From assembly GCA_965371805.1 (NCBI GenBank), contig CBDUZW010000004.1, positions 82,954 to 146,953 of the forward strand: DNA of 64,000 nucleotides, read 5' to 3'. Positions 10,259 to 19,610 of this stretch are shown here, piece by piece. Position numbers and translations under genes: made by a program. Numbering within the stretch: the first letter of the stretch is position 1; each line of letters begins with the position of its first letter. Source of the stretch: an uncultured bacterium (lineage in GTDB: Bacteria; Acidobacteriota; Aminicenantia; UBA2199). The notes under the pieces are model-generated. The model had not been told where the DNA came from and ran no database searches. It saw only the letters and a program-made list of their open reading frames with translations.

Positions 10259-11464
10259 ATGGGAAAATTAGGATCAGATCAATTAATGGAGATGGAACAT
10301 AAGTTTGGTGCTCATAATTATCATCCTTTGGAAGTAGTTATATCCAGGGCAGAAGGTATTTGGGTTGAAAATCCAGAAGGGGAAAAATTTATTGATATGC
10401 TCAGTGCATATTCAGCAGTAAATCAGGGACATAGACATCCAAAAATAATTAAAGCATTAAAAGACCAGGCAGATATATTAACACTTACTTCAAGGGCATT
10501 TTTTAACGACAAATGGCCTGTCTTTGCTAAAAAACTTTCAGAGCTAACAAAGAAGGAAATGATCTTGCCGATGAATACGGGTGCCGAAGCAGTTGAAACG
10601 GCAATAAAAACTATGAGAAAATGGGGATACCTAAAAAAAGGTGTAAAGAAAGACCAGGCTGAGATCATTGTATTTGATGAGAATTTTCATGGTAGAACAA
10701 CTACTATAGTCTCTTTTTCAACAGATCCTGTTGCAAAAGATAATTATGGTCCATTTACTCCTGGATTCAAGATTGTTGCATACAATGATCTGGATGCAGT
10801 TAAGAATGCAATTAATGAAAATACAGTTGGTATTCTTGTTGAGCCTATTCAGGGAGAAGCAGGAGTTGTAGTTCCTGATGATGGGTTTTTAAAAGGATTG
10901 TCCAGCTTATCCAAAGAAAACAACTTCTTATTAGCAGTTGATGAAGTACAGACTGGATTCGCAAGAACAGGAAAAATGTTCGCTTTTATGTATGAGGGAA
11001 TTGATCCTGATATTATTATTATGGGGAAAGCTCTTGGCGGAGGCGTTTTCCCGGTTAGTGCAGTTGCTGCAAATGAAGATGTACTGGGAGTATTTAAACC
11101 AGGTTCACATGGCTCAACATTTGGTGGAAATCCACTAGGTTGTGCTGTCGCTATTGCTTCTATTGATGTACTTCTTGATGAAAATTTGGTTGAAAAATCA
11201 TATGAACTTGGGAAATATTTTATGGAGCAATTAGAAAGCTTGAAATCTGATAAGATCAAACTTGTCAGAGGCAGGGGTTTATTGATAGGAATCGTTTTAA
11301 ATGAATCTGCAGGAAAAGCCAGACAATATACAAGTGCATTAAAGGATAAAGGTCTTCTGTGCAAGGAAACACATGACTGGATTATCCGATTTGCGCCACC
11401 ACTTGTAATTACTAAAGAAGATATCGATTATGCAATAGAAAAGATCCGGGAAGTATTAGGATAA
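10259..11464 (+). CDS. rocD: Ornithine--oxo-acid aminotransferase (class III PLP aminotransferase)
   Basis: KFGAHNYHPLEVV...SAYSAVNQGHRHPKII closely matches the ornithine aminotransferase N-terminal signature. 401 aa. The PLP-lysine region is present. Confidence 0.85.
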   Translation: MGKLGSDQLMEMEHKFGAHNYHPLEVVISRAEGIWVENPEGEKFIDMLSAYSAVNQGHRHPKIIKALKDQADILTLTSRAFFNDKWPVFAKKLSELTKKEMILPMNTGAEAVETAIKTMRKWGYLKKGVKKDQAEIIVFDENFHGRTTTIVSFSTDPVAKDNYGPFTPGFKIVAYNDLDAVKNAINENTVGILVEPIQGEAGVVVPDDGFLKGLSSLSKENNFLLAVDEVQTGFARTGKMFAFMYEGIDPDIIIMGKALGGGVFPVSAVAANEDVLGVFKPGSHGSTFGGNPLGCAVAIASIDVLLDENLVEKSYELGKYFMEQLESLKSDKIKLVRGRGLLIGIVLNESAGKARQYTSALKDKGLLCKETHDWIIRFAPPLVITKEDIDYAIEKIREVLG

Positions 11465-11471
11465 ATATTCA

Positions 11472-12452
11472 ATGATAATATTCAGGACGCAAGTTTCTGA
11501 GGAGATCGGATTTGGTCACATTAAGAGATCTGCTTATCTTGCGTCCCTGATTAAAAAAAAGAACGATGTTCTTTTTGTATTTAAAAAAGATAAGTCCGCG
11601 ATCCGATTTCTTGATGAAAAAAAATTCAAATATATCCTTTCAAAAAACTTAGATCAGCTAAATTGGGATCAGGTTACTGGTATTGTGTTTGATATACGGA
11701 CAATAGGACAACAGGATAGTGATATCCTTAGGATTGCTAAAGAAAAGAAAATAAAAACTGTTCAAATAACCGAACTTGGATTATGCCAGCTTGAGGTTGA
11801 TGTATTAATAAACTGCTCTAGTGATGTAATTGAACCATTATCCGGAGTGGCAGGTAATGTGTTAAACGGACCTCAATTTTCTATAATGCACCATAAATTT
11901 ATTCATTTTAATAATATCAACAAAAAATACAGGAAAAATGTTAAAAATATATTGATTTCTCTTGGTGGTGGGGTGAAGTATCGACAATTAAGAGATATTA
12001 TAGATATATTATATAGAAACAATTATAAGCTAAAGCTGACTGGCGGTTATTATTTAAAAAAATCAGCAAGAAAAATATTAAAAAGGATATATCCAAAAAT
12101 AAAATTTGTCGGGATTGTTGAATCTCTCGCAAGGCCTCTATATGAGACAGATATTGCTGTTATTGCTGCAGGGACGACTTCCTATGAAGCTGCGGCTGTA
12201 GGGACCCCGGCGCTTTATTTTTTTTATAATAAGGAACAGGAGTTTACTGCTGACTCTTTGGAAAAAGCAGGCTTAGGAATAAAAATTTCTAATTTGAAGA
12301 ATTCTTATAAAGAAAAACTATTAAATGTATTGGATAGTATTACAATGGAAGATAGGGCTTTAATGGGAACTAAAGGTAAACAACTTGTTTTTGGAAATGG
12401 TGTTTATAAAATTATAGATTCGCTTGCAAAAATGGAGTTTATAAAAAAATGA
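11472..12452 (+). CDS. PseG/SpsG-like UDP-sugar hydrolase (glycosyltransferase family 28 C-terminal-domain fold)
   Basis: N-terminal SEEIGFGHIKRSAYLA is like the PseG motif SQIGxGHxxR. About 325 aa, C-terminal Rossmann-like half. Overlaps the next gene by 4 nt. Confidence 0.5.
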   Translation: MIIFRTQVSEEIGFGHIKRSAYLASLIKKKNDVLFVFKKDKSAIRFLDEKKFKYILSKNLDQLNWDQVTGIVFDIRTIGQQDSDILRIAKEKKIKTVQITELGLCQLEVDVLINCSSDVIEPLSGVAGNVLNGPQFSIMHHKFIHFNNINKKYRKNVKNILISLGGGVKYRQLRDIIDILYRNNYKLKLTGGYYLKKSARKILKRIYPKIKFVGIVESLARPLYETDIAVIAAGTTSYEAAAVGTPALYFFYNKEQEFTADSLEKAGLGIKISNLKNSYKEKLLNVLDSITMEDRALMGTKGKQLVFGNGVYKIIDSLAKMEFIKK

Positions 12453-13432
12453 GTTTTTCTGTTATTATTACCGCAGCTTCAAGAAGGGTTGCTCTTGTAA
12501 AAAGTTTTAAAAATGCTCTAAAAGGTACAAATGGTAAGGTCATAGCTGTAGATTATGATATGTATTCCTCAGCATTGTTTTTTGCAGATGAATATTATAA
12601 AGTGCCTCTAGTAAATGATAAAGATTATATTAGTTCTATTCAGAAGATAGCACAGAAAGAAAATGTTAAACTCGTAATACCAACGATAGATCAGGAACTT
12701 TTATTATGGTCGGAAGTTAAGGAGAGTTTCGAAGAAATCGGAATTTCGGTTTCTATATCTCCAAAAGATACAATTAAAATTTGCGGGGATAAATTAAACA
12801 CTTATGATTTTTTTGTAAAAAACGGTCTTCCTTTTCCAGAATCCTTTGATTCTACTGATTTGCCTGATAACTTGAAATTTCCACTTTTTATTAAGCCAAG
12901 AATGGGGAGAGGAAGTGTTGATTCAATTCAGATAAATGATTGGGAAGATCTTAATTTTCATATTAAAAAAATTTCAGACCCAATAATTTCAGAATTTCTT
13001 GAGGGAGATGAATTCACAACAGATGCTCTGTTCTCAAAAGATGGAAAATTACTTAGATGTGTTCATAGGTATAGACTTGTTGTAAGGGCAGGTGTGTCTG
13101 ACAGAGGCAAAACATTTAAAAATGTTGAGCTTACAGAATATATTGTTAAAATTGGGAATCTATTGAAACTTGAGGGTGCAATAAACATTCAGGGTAAAAT
13201 CAAGGATAAAACTATAAAATTTTTTGAAATTAATCCAAGGTACTCCGGTGGCATTCAACTTACAATTGCTTCAGGAGTAAATTTTGCAAAAATACTTATT
13301 GATGAATTGAAAGGCAAAAACCATATACCAGATTTATATAATTATGATGAAGGGATTATTATGACCAGTTTTGAGGACAGCCTTTTTCTTGATCAGGAAG
13401 GCAATATCAGCAAAATCCAAAATTATGAGTAA
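12449..13432 (+). CDS. ATP-grasp domain ligase
   Basis: EFLEGDEFTTD and EINPRYSGG motifs are characteristic of ATP-grasp enzymes. The start overlaps the upstream gene (ATGA), indicating an operon. Confidence 0.55.
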   Translation: MSFSVIITAASRRVALVKSFKNALKGTNGKVIAVDYDMYSSALFFADEYYKVPLVNDKDYISSIQKIAQKENVKLVIPTIDQELLLWSEVKESFEEIGISVSISPKDTIKICGDKLNTYDFFVKNGLPFPESFDSTDLPDNLKFPLFIKPRMGRGSVDSIQINDWEDLNFHIKKISDPIISEFLEGDEFTTDALFSKDGKLLRCVHRYRLVVRAGVSDRGKTFKNVELTEYIVKIGNLLKLEGAINIQGKIKDKTIKFFEINPRYSGGIQLTIASGVNFAKILIDELKGKNHIPDLYNYDEGIIMTSFEDSLFLDQEGNISKIQNYE

Positions 13433-13447
13433 AAAATAAAATATTAA

Positions 13448-13476
13448 TTGACTTTTTATTTTTTTAATTTTATATT
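13448..13476 (+). promoter_or_regulatory. Candidate promoter for the chemotaxis operon
   Basis: TTGACT, a 17-nt spacer, then TATATT, about 45 nt upstream of the STAS-like gene. Weak evidence because the region is AT-rich. Confidence 0.25.
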
Positions 13477-13522
13477 AATTGTATAATGGAATATAAAAAA
13501 TATATTCGGGGGTTAGAAGCTT

Positions 13523-13876
13523 ATGAGTAATTTGAAAGTTATTAAAGAAAAAAAATCGGATACTTTAGTCTTCTCCGAGAAACTTCTTAAAGAAGATATA
13601 AGGGAATTGAAAAAGGAAATCTTAGCTTCTATAGATAGAGCTGAGAAGATAACTATTAAATTTGATGGATTAAAAGAAACAGACATATTTTTTGTTCAAT
13701 TATTATGTGCTGCCCATAAATATGCAGTCAAAAAAAAAAAAAATCTGGAGATCTCGGAAGCTCTTCCTGAACAATTGAAGACTGTTCTTGAAAACTATGG
13801 TTTTTATAGGGAAAAAGGCTGTATTAAAGAGAAAGAAGATGACTGTTTTTGGTTTAAAGAGGTGACAAATGTCTGA
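13523..13876 (+). CDS. Small STAS-like (anti-sigma-antagonist fold) protein preceding cheA
   Basis: 117 aa. ITIKFDGLKETDIFFVQLL resembles the STAS motif DLSxVxFIDSSGL. The stop overlaps the cheA start. Confidence 0.3.
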   Translation: MSNLKVIKEKKSDTLVFSEKLLKEDIRELKKEILASIDRAEKITIKFDGLKETDIFFVQLLCAAHKYAVKKKKNLEISEALPEQLKTVLENYGFYREKGCIKEKEDDCFWFKEVTNV

Positions 13877-16025
13877 TGAAATAGAAGAGTTTGGAGAGAT
13901 ATTCAAAGAAGAAACATATGAATTGTTAATTGAGTTAGAAAATTCACTTATGGAATTGGAAGGTGAACCTGAAAACATAGAGTTGATTGGAAGTATATTT
14001 CGGGCATTACATACTATAAAAGGTTCTGGAGCTATGTTTGGTTTTGAAACGATATCGGCTTTTGCACATCAGGTAGAGAATGTATTCGACCTTGTTAGAG
14101 AAGGATCTATAAAGGTTACAAAAGATTTGATAGGATATACTTTGCAGGCAAAAGATTTTATTCGTGAAATTGTTGAATCTACCGATTTAACTTCTGATCA
14201 GGAGGATATGAAAAACGATATTCTAACTAAATTGAAGGACTATAGTGATAAGAACTCTTCTGATAAGCACAGTATTGAAAAAAAGGTAGATGAGAAAGAG
14301 GGAGAAACAATAGAGCCTGAAAAAACAGATATGCAAAGTCTGCAGGACAATGAATTAGAAATAACTTTCAGGATTAGATTTACTCCTTCAGAAAAAATAC
14401 TTCAAGGAGGGAATGATCCTGCTGCATTAATCTCTGAATTGAGAGAACTAGGAAAAAGCAGTATTGTTGTTCATGTGAATTCAATTCCTGATTTAGATGA
14501 GATTCAACCGGATTATTGCTATATCTACTGGGATATTCTTCTTACAACTAATCAAAGTCTTGATACTATAAAAGATATATTCATATTTCTTGATGAAGAG
14601 TCTAAGGTTCAAATAGATATAATTGATGAAGGTGATGCTGAAGAAGGAGACTATAAGAAACTAGGACATATTCTTGTAGAGAAAGGTGATCTGTCGATTG
14701 AAGAAATGAAGAATGCCGTTTCCAAACAGCCGAAGTTTGGCGAGATTCTGGTTGAAAAAGGAATAGCTGAGCCTGAAAAGATTGTATCAGCCTTAATGGA
14801 ACAGAAACATGTCAGGGAGGTTAGAAAGGAAAGAACTGATAAGACCGTATCGGCTTCTCTCAGAGTGTCTTCTGTAAAAGTTGATAAACTTGTAGATCTG
14901 GTAGGAGAAATGGTCACAGCTCAGGCTAGATTAGCACAGATAAGTATCAATGTTGGTGATAATGAGCTAGTAGGTTTATCAGAAGATATAGAAAGATTAA
15001 TTTGGGAATTGAGAGACAATACAATGGAAATGCGGATGCTGCCTTTTGGCAGTACCTTTGGCCGATTTAGAAGACTGGTCAGGGATCTATCTGAAAATCT
15101 AAATAAGGATATAGAATTGACTACTCTTGGTGGAGAAACTGAACTTGATAAAACGGTAATTGAAAAACTGGGAGATCCACTGACTCATATTATCAGAAAC
15201 TGTCTTGATCACGGAATAGAGGAACCAGATGAAAGGGTAAAAAAAGGCAAACCAAAGCAAGGGACAATACATCTTTCTGCTTATCATTCAGGTGCAAATG
15301 TTATAATACAAATAAGCGATGATGGCGCAGGATTAGATCTTGAAAGGATTGAAAAAAAAGCTATCAGCAAGGGATTAGTGCCTACAGACAGAAAATTATC
15401 AACCAAAGAGATTAGCGGTTTGATATTTGAACCGGGTTTTTCGACAGCACAGGAAGTAACCGATGTTTCAGGCAGGGGTGTTGGCATGGATGTCGTGAAG
15501 AAGAATATAAACCTGCTGCGCGGATTAATTGATGTTGATAGTGAGTCTGGTAAAGGAACTACTATAAAACTTAAAATACCTTTAACATTGGCAATTATTG
15601 ATGGTCTATTGGTTGCGATTGAAAATGAAAAATTTGTTTTACCATTATCAATGGTTGAGGAATGTATAGAAATTAAATATAGTGATATAGAGAATGCAAA
15701 TGGAAGAAATTTTGTAAAAAGAAGAGGTGAGTTGATCCCTTATATTAATCTTAGAGAAGTTTTTAAATTAAAGGATGAAATTCCTCTTTTGCAACAAGTT
15801 GTAATAACCAATATTGATAATGAAAGGATTGGATTTGTGGTTGACACTGTTATTGGAGGTCATCAAACTGTCATAAAATCTTTAGGGTCAATATATAAAG
15901 ACATTGATGGTGTTTCAGGTGCAACAATACTGGGAGATGGTACAATTGCACTTATTCTTGATGCACTTAAAATCATTAATAATGCTGAATTGGATAAGTT
16001 AAATAAAGATAAAAAGACTGGGTAA
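13869..16025 (+). CDS. cheA: Chemotaxis histidine kinase CheA
   Basis: HPt motif ALHTIKGSGAMFGFE, dimerisation and HATPase regions (DDGAGLD, GRGVGMDVV), and a C-terminal CheW-like domain. Confidence 0.9.
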   Translation: MSDEIEEFGEIFKEETYELLIELENSLMELEGEPENIELIGSIFRALHTIKGSGAMFGFETISAFAHQVENVFDLVREGSIKVTKDLIGYTLQAKDFIREIVESTDLTSDQEDMKNDILTKLKDYSDKNSSDKHSIEKKVDEKEGETIEPEKTDMQSLQDNELEITFRIRFTPSEKILQGGNDPAALISELRELGKSSIVVHVNSIPDLDEIQPDYCYIYWDILLTTNQSLDTIKDIFIFLDEESKVQIDIIDEGDAEEGDYKKLGHILVEKGDLSIEEMKNAVSKQPKFGEILVEKGIAEPEKIVSALMEQKHVREVRKERTDKTVSASLRVSSVKVDKLVDLVGEMVTAQARLAQISINVGDNELVGLSEDIERLIWELRDNTMEMRMLPFGSTFGRFRRLVRDLSENLNKDIELTTLGGETELDKTVIEKLGDPLTHIIRNCLDHGIEEPDERVKKGKPKQGTIHLSAYHSGANVIIQISDDGAGLDLERIEKKAISKGLVPTDRKLSTKEISGLIFEPGFSTAQEVTDVSGRGVGMDVVKKNINLLRGLIDVDSESGKGTTIKLKIPLTLAIIDGLLVAIENEKFVLPLSMVEECIEIKYSDIENANGRNFVKRRGELIPYINLREVFKLKDEIPLLQQVVITNIDNERIGFVVDTVIGGHQTVIKSLGSIYKDIDGVSGATILGDGTIALILDALKIINNAELDKLNKDKKTG

Positions 16026-16028
16026 ATT

Positions 16029-16901
16029 ATGGGAACAATATTAGATCCAAATACAATATATAAAGCAAAATTAAGTGAAAAGGATTTTTTAAAACTTCAG
16101 AATATTATTCAAGGTGAATATGGGATAAAAATGCCTTTAACTAAAAAAGATATGCTTGAAGCTCGATTAAGAAAGAGACTTAAAGCTCACTCTTTTGCTA
16201 ATTTCTCACAATATTGTGATTACTTATTTTCAGAAGTAGGCATGAAGGAAGAGTTAATTCATATGCTTGATATGGTCACTACTAATAAAACAGATTTTTT
16301 TAGAGAAGCTGATCATTTTGATTTTCTTATTAAATCTGTTCTTCCCGGAATGATCACCGGTGAAGGGCTTGGAATAAACAAAAAACTTATGATCTGGAGT
16401 GCCGGGTGTTCTACTGGTGAAGAACCATATACTCTAGCAATGGTCCTTAATGAATTTAGAGAAAGGGTCCCAGGGCTTAGTTTTCAATATTTGATTTTAG
16501 CAACTGATCTCTCTTCAAGAGTTCTTGAAAGTGCTCAAAGGGCTGTTTATCATGAGAATAAAATTGTCCCGGTTCCGAAAAATGCTAAAAATAAGTATAT
16601 ATTAAGAAGTAAAGACCCTTCCAAAAAATTAGTTCGGATTATTCCTGAATTAAGATCATTGATAAAATTCAGACGATTGAATTTTCTTGATAGTAATTAT
16701 GGAATGAGAGAGCCCATTGATATAGTCTTCTTTCGAAATGTCCAGATATATTTTGAAAAGGAGACACAACGTTCTATACTTTTAAAAATTTATAATACTA
16801 TGAGGCATGGAGGGTATTTATTTATTGGACATTCTGAAACTTTAAATGGGTTGGATCTCCCGTTTGAGCAAATAATACCAACAGTTTATAGAAAGGTTTA
16901 A
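16029..16901 (+). CDS. cheR: Chemotaxis protein methyltransferase CheR
   Basis: SAM-methyltransferase region IWSAGCSTGEEPYTLAM. 290 aa. Immediately follows cheA. Confidence 0.9.
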   Translation: MGTILDPNTIYKAKLSEKDFLKLQNIIQGEYGIKMPLTKKDMLEARLRKRLKAHSFANFSQYCDYLFSEVGMKEELIHMLDMVTTNKTDFFREADHFDFLIKSVLPGMITGEGLGINKKLMIWSAGCSTGEEPYTLAMVLNEFRERVPGLSFQYLILATDLSSRVLESAQRAVYHENKIVPVPKNAKNKYILRSKDPSKKLVRIIPELRSLIKFRRLNFLDSNYGMREPIDIVFFRNVQIYFEKETQRSILLKIYNTMRHGGYLFIGHSETLNGLDLPFEQIIPTVYRKV

Positions 16902-16920
16902 CTTGAGGAGCTGACTAAGA

Positions 16921-17985
16921 ATGAGAAAAATTAAAGTTTTAATTGTTGATGATTCTGCTAGTGTTCGCCAAACTCTTAATAAAATACTCTCATCTGATCC
17001 TGAAATAGAGGTAGTAGGGACCGCCTTTGACCCGTTTAATGCGGCTGAAAAACTGGAAACTATTGTACCTGATGTAATAACACTTGATATTGAAATGCCT
17101 CGAATGGATGGAGTTACTTTTTTAAAAAAACTAATGAGCCAGTCACCAATTCCAGTTGTAATATGCTCAAGTCTTGCTGAAAGAGGAGCTGAAACAACTT
17201 TAAAGGCAATAGAGTATGGTGCTGTTGAGATAATTGAAAAGCCTAAAATAGGGACAAAAAATTTTTTTGAAGAATCGAAGATCATGATCTGTGATATTAT
17301 AAAAGCTGCATCAAAGGCTAATGTAAAAAAACTCTCTAATCTAAGGAGTTCATACAATAAAAAACTTTCTGCAGATGCAATAATACCAAAATCCAGATCA
17401 GGTGCAATGTTGAAAACTACTGAAAAAATTATTGTAGTAGGTGCTTCAACAGGCGGAACTGAAGCCTTGAGGGTTTTTCTTGAATCGATGCCTTTGGACT
17501 CTCCCGGTATTGTAATCGTTCAGCATATGCCTGAAAATTTTACTAAAGCTTTCGCAAACAGGATCAATGGATTATGTGAAATAACAGTTAAAGAAGCTTC
17601 TGATAATGATACGATCATACCTGGACAAGCACTTATTGCCCCAGGCAATAAACATATGTTGCTGAAAAGAAGTGGAGCAAGATATTATGTTGATATAAAA
17701 AAGGGACCTCTTGTTTCCAGACACAGACCTTCAGTTGATGTTCTTTTTAGATCTGCAGCAAGGTACGCAGGTAAAAATGCTGTAGGGGTTATTATGACCG
17801 GGATGGGAGATGATGGAGCGAAGGGAATGCTTGAAATGATGGAAGCTGGAGCGTATACAATTGCTCAGGATGAAAACAGTTGCGTTGTTTTCGGGATGCC
17901 CCAGGAGGCAATAAAACACGGTGGAGTAAAAAAGATACTTCCATTAAAGAACATTGCTCATGCCGCATTAAGGGAGTGTTTTTAA
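16921..17985 (+). CDS. cheB: Chemotaxis response regulator protein-glutamate methylesterase CheB
   Basis: N-terminal receiver (KVLIVDDS...DIEMPRMDG) plus a C-terminal methylesterase with GASTGG and HMP motifs. Confidence 0.9.
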   Translation: MRKIKVLIVDDSASVRQTLNKILSSDPEIEVVGTAFDPFNAAEKLETIVPDVITLDIEMPRMDGVTFLKKLMSQSPIPVVICSSLAERGAETTLKAIEYGAVEIIEKPKIGTKNFFEESKIMICDIIKAASKANVKKLSNLRSSYNKKLSADAIIPKSRSGAMLKTTEKIIVVGASTGGTEALRVFLESMPLDSPGIVIVQHMPENFTKAFANRINGLCEITVKEASDNDTIIPGQALIAPGNKHMLLKRSGARYYVDIKKGPLVSRHRPSVDVLFRSAARYAGKNAVGVIMTGMGDDGAKGMLEMMEAGAYTIAQDENSCVVFGMPQEAIKHGGVKKILPLKNIAHAALRECF

Positions 17986-18007
17986 TGCTCTTAATAAATT
18001 CTCTTAT

Positions 18008-19024
18008 TTAAAATAGTTTTGTTATTTCTGCTTCGAATTTTGGATATAATACTTTTTTTTCTGTAATTATCGCTGTAATCATAGAATTAGGCGTTATATC
18101 AAATGCCGGGTTAAATACTTCAGTTTCATCCATGGCTATCCTCTGCCCTCTGAAGAAGATCACTTCGTTTTTGTCCCTTTCCTCAATTGGAATATCGGAT
18201 CCTGTTTTTATTGAAATATCAATTGTTGAAGTTGGCGCTGCAATATAGAATGGGATATTATGGTGTTTTGCTAAAATTGCAATTGAATAAGTTCCAATTT
18301 TATTTGCAACATCACCATTACCTGCAATTCTGTCAGCTCCAACAACAACACTGTCTATTATACCTTTTGACATTAGATGTCCAATCATATTGTCTGTGGC
18401 AAGTTTTACTTTTATATTGTCTTTTTGAAGTTCCCATACAGTAAGTCTTGCACCCTGCAAAAAAGGTCTTGTCTCACCTGCAATAACAGAAATGTTTTTT
18501 TTGTTTTCGATTGCTGCTCTGATGACACCTAAAGCTGTTCCATATCCTGCAGTAGCTAAAGCTCCTGCATTACAATGGGTCAGAACGATCGTATTGTCTG
18601 CAAGCAGAATTTGCCCTTTTTTTCCAATGTCTTTATTTATTTCTACATCTTCTTTATCGATAATCTGAGCTTCTTTTACTATTTTTTTTTTTAATAATTC
18701 AGGATCATGTTCATATTTATTAAAAACGCCATCCATCCTTTTTAATGCCCAAAAAAGATTTACAGCAGTAGGTCTTGTCGCAGCAATTGTATCATGTATT
18801 TTCCTGTAATCATTTTTTAGATTACCTGTAGACTTTAATATTCCTAATGCGACCCCCATTGCAGCTGCGACTCCAATAGCCGGAGCTCCCCTGATTACCA
18901 TGGTTTTTATACTTTCTGCAACTTCTTCATAAGAGTTGTGCTCAATATAGGTCTCTTCAACAGGCAAAACCCTTTGATCGAGCATATAGACTTTATTATT
19001 TTTCCATTCAATTATGGGGTACAT
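18008..19024 (-). CDS. mtnA: S-methyl-5-thioribose-1-phosphate isomerase (eIF2B-like family)
   Basis: 338 aa. CNAGALATAGYGTALGVIRA and GADRIAGNGDVANKIGT are MtnA/e2B2 family hallmarks. Confidence 0.8.
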   Translation of the reverse strand: MYPIIEWKNNKVYMLDQRVLPVEETYIEHNSYEEVAESIKTMVIRGAPAIGVAAAMGVALGILKSTGNLKNDYRKIHDTIAATRPTAVNLFWALKRMDGVFNKYEHDPELLKKKIVKEAQIIDKEDVEINKDIGKKGQILLADNTIVLTHCNAGALATAGYGTALGVIRAAIENKKNISVIAGETRPFLQGARLTVWELQKDNIKVKLATDNMIGHLMSKGIIDSVVVGADRIAGNGDVANKIGTYSIAILAKHHNIPFYIAAPTSTIDISIKTGSDIPIEERDKNEVIFFRGQRIAMDETEVFNPAFDITPNSMITAIITEKKVLYPKFEAEITKLF

Positions 19025-19055
19025 ATCGACTTTCCTTTAATTTATTTGATATAAA

Positions 19056-19610
19056 TTATCTTAACCATCCAGGAGGTATACTTGATCTTTTGGCTTCCTC
19101 TAAAAACTGTTCCAATTTATTTTTGAGATGTGGAACCTGCTGTTTGCTTTTGCTAAGTTCAATTCTAGTTTTTTTTATATCTGCTTTTATCTGAATTTTT
19201 GCAGGAATATAATCTGTATTTAAGTTGTCTGTTATTAATTTATTTAATCTTGAGGTTAGAGTAGAAACTTTTTCTTCATAAAATTTAATACTATTCTCAA
19301 GATTGATTTTTTCTGATCTCCAATATTCCTGGTCTTTATTTTTATTACTCTCCTGGTTGTCACTGTTTTTTTGAGAGGGTTGGATAATTGAGGATGTAAT
19401 ATTGCTTCCAGACAATTTTACTACTTTTTTTGATGAATTTTTTGATAATTTAATGATATTTTCATTAGTAATTTTAATAACTGATTTTTTGATTTTTTTT
19501 CTTCTCTTCTCTTCTTTTTTTTGCAATTTTACAAGATCGTCTTTTGCAGTCAGGTTTGTCCCAACTGCAAAAAACAAAACTACTGATAAAATGAATAAAT
19601 ATTTGATCAT
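19056..19610 (-). CDS. Secreted coiled-coil protein, hypothetical
   Basis: Signal peptide followed by a Lys/Glu-rich coiled coil. Its stop codon overlaps the start of the upstream OmpA-family gene. Confidence 0.4.
   Translation of the reverse strand: MIKYLFILSVVLFFAVGTNLTAKDDLVKLQKKEEKRRKKIKKSVIKITNENIIKLSKNSSKKVVKLSGSNITSSIIQPSQKNSDNQESNKNKDQEYWRSEKINLENSIKFYEEKVSTLTSRLNKLITDNLNTDYIPAKIQIKADIKKTRIELSKSKQQVPHLKNKLEQFLEEAKRSSIPPGWLR

Noticed and set aside
10849-11364. 171-aa minus-strand ORF inside rocD
   Set aside because: Antisense to the strongly supported ornithine aminotransferase. No independent evidence.
16842-17357. 171-aa minus-strand ORF spanning the cheR/cheB junction
   Set aside because: Antisense to two well-supported chemotaxis genes. 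No motif.
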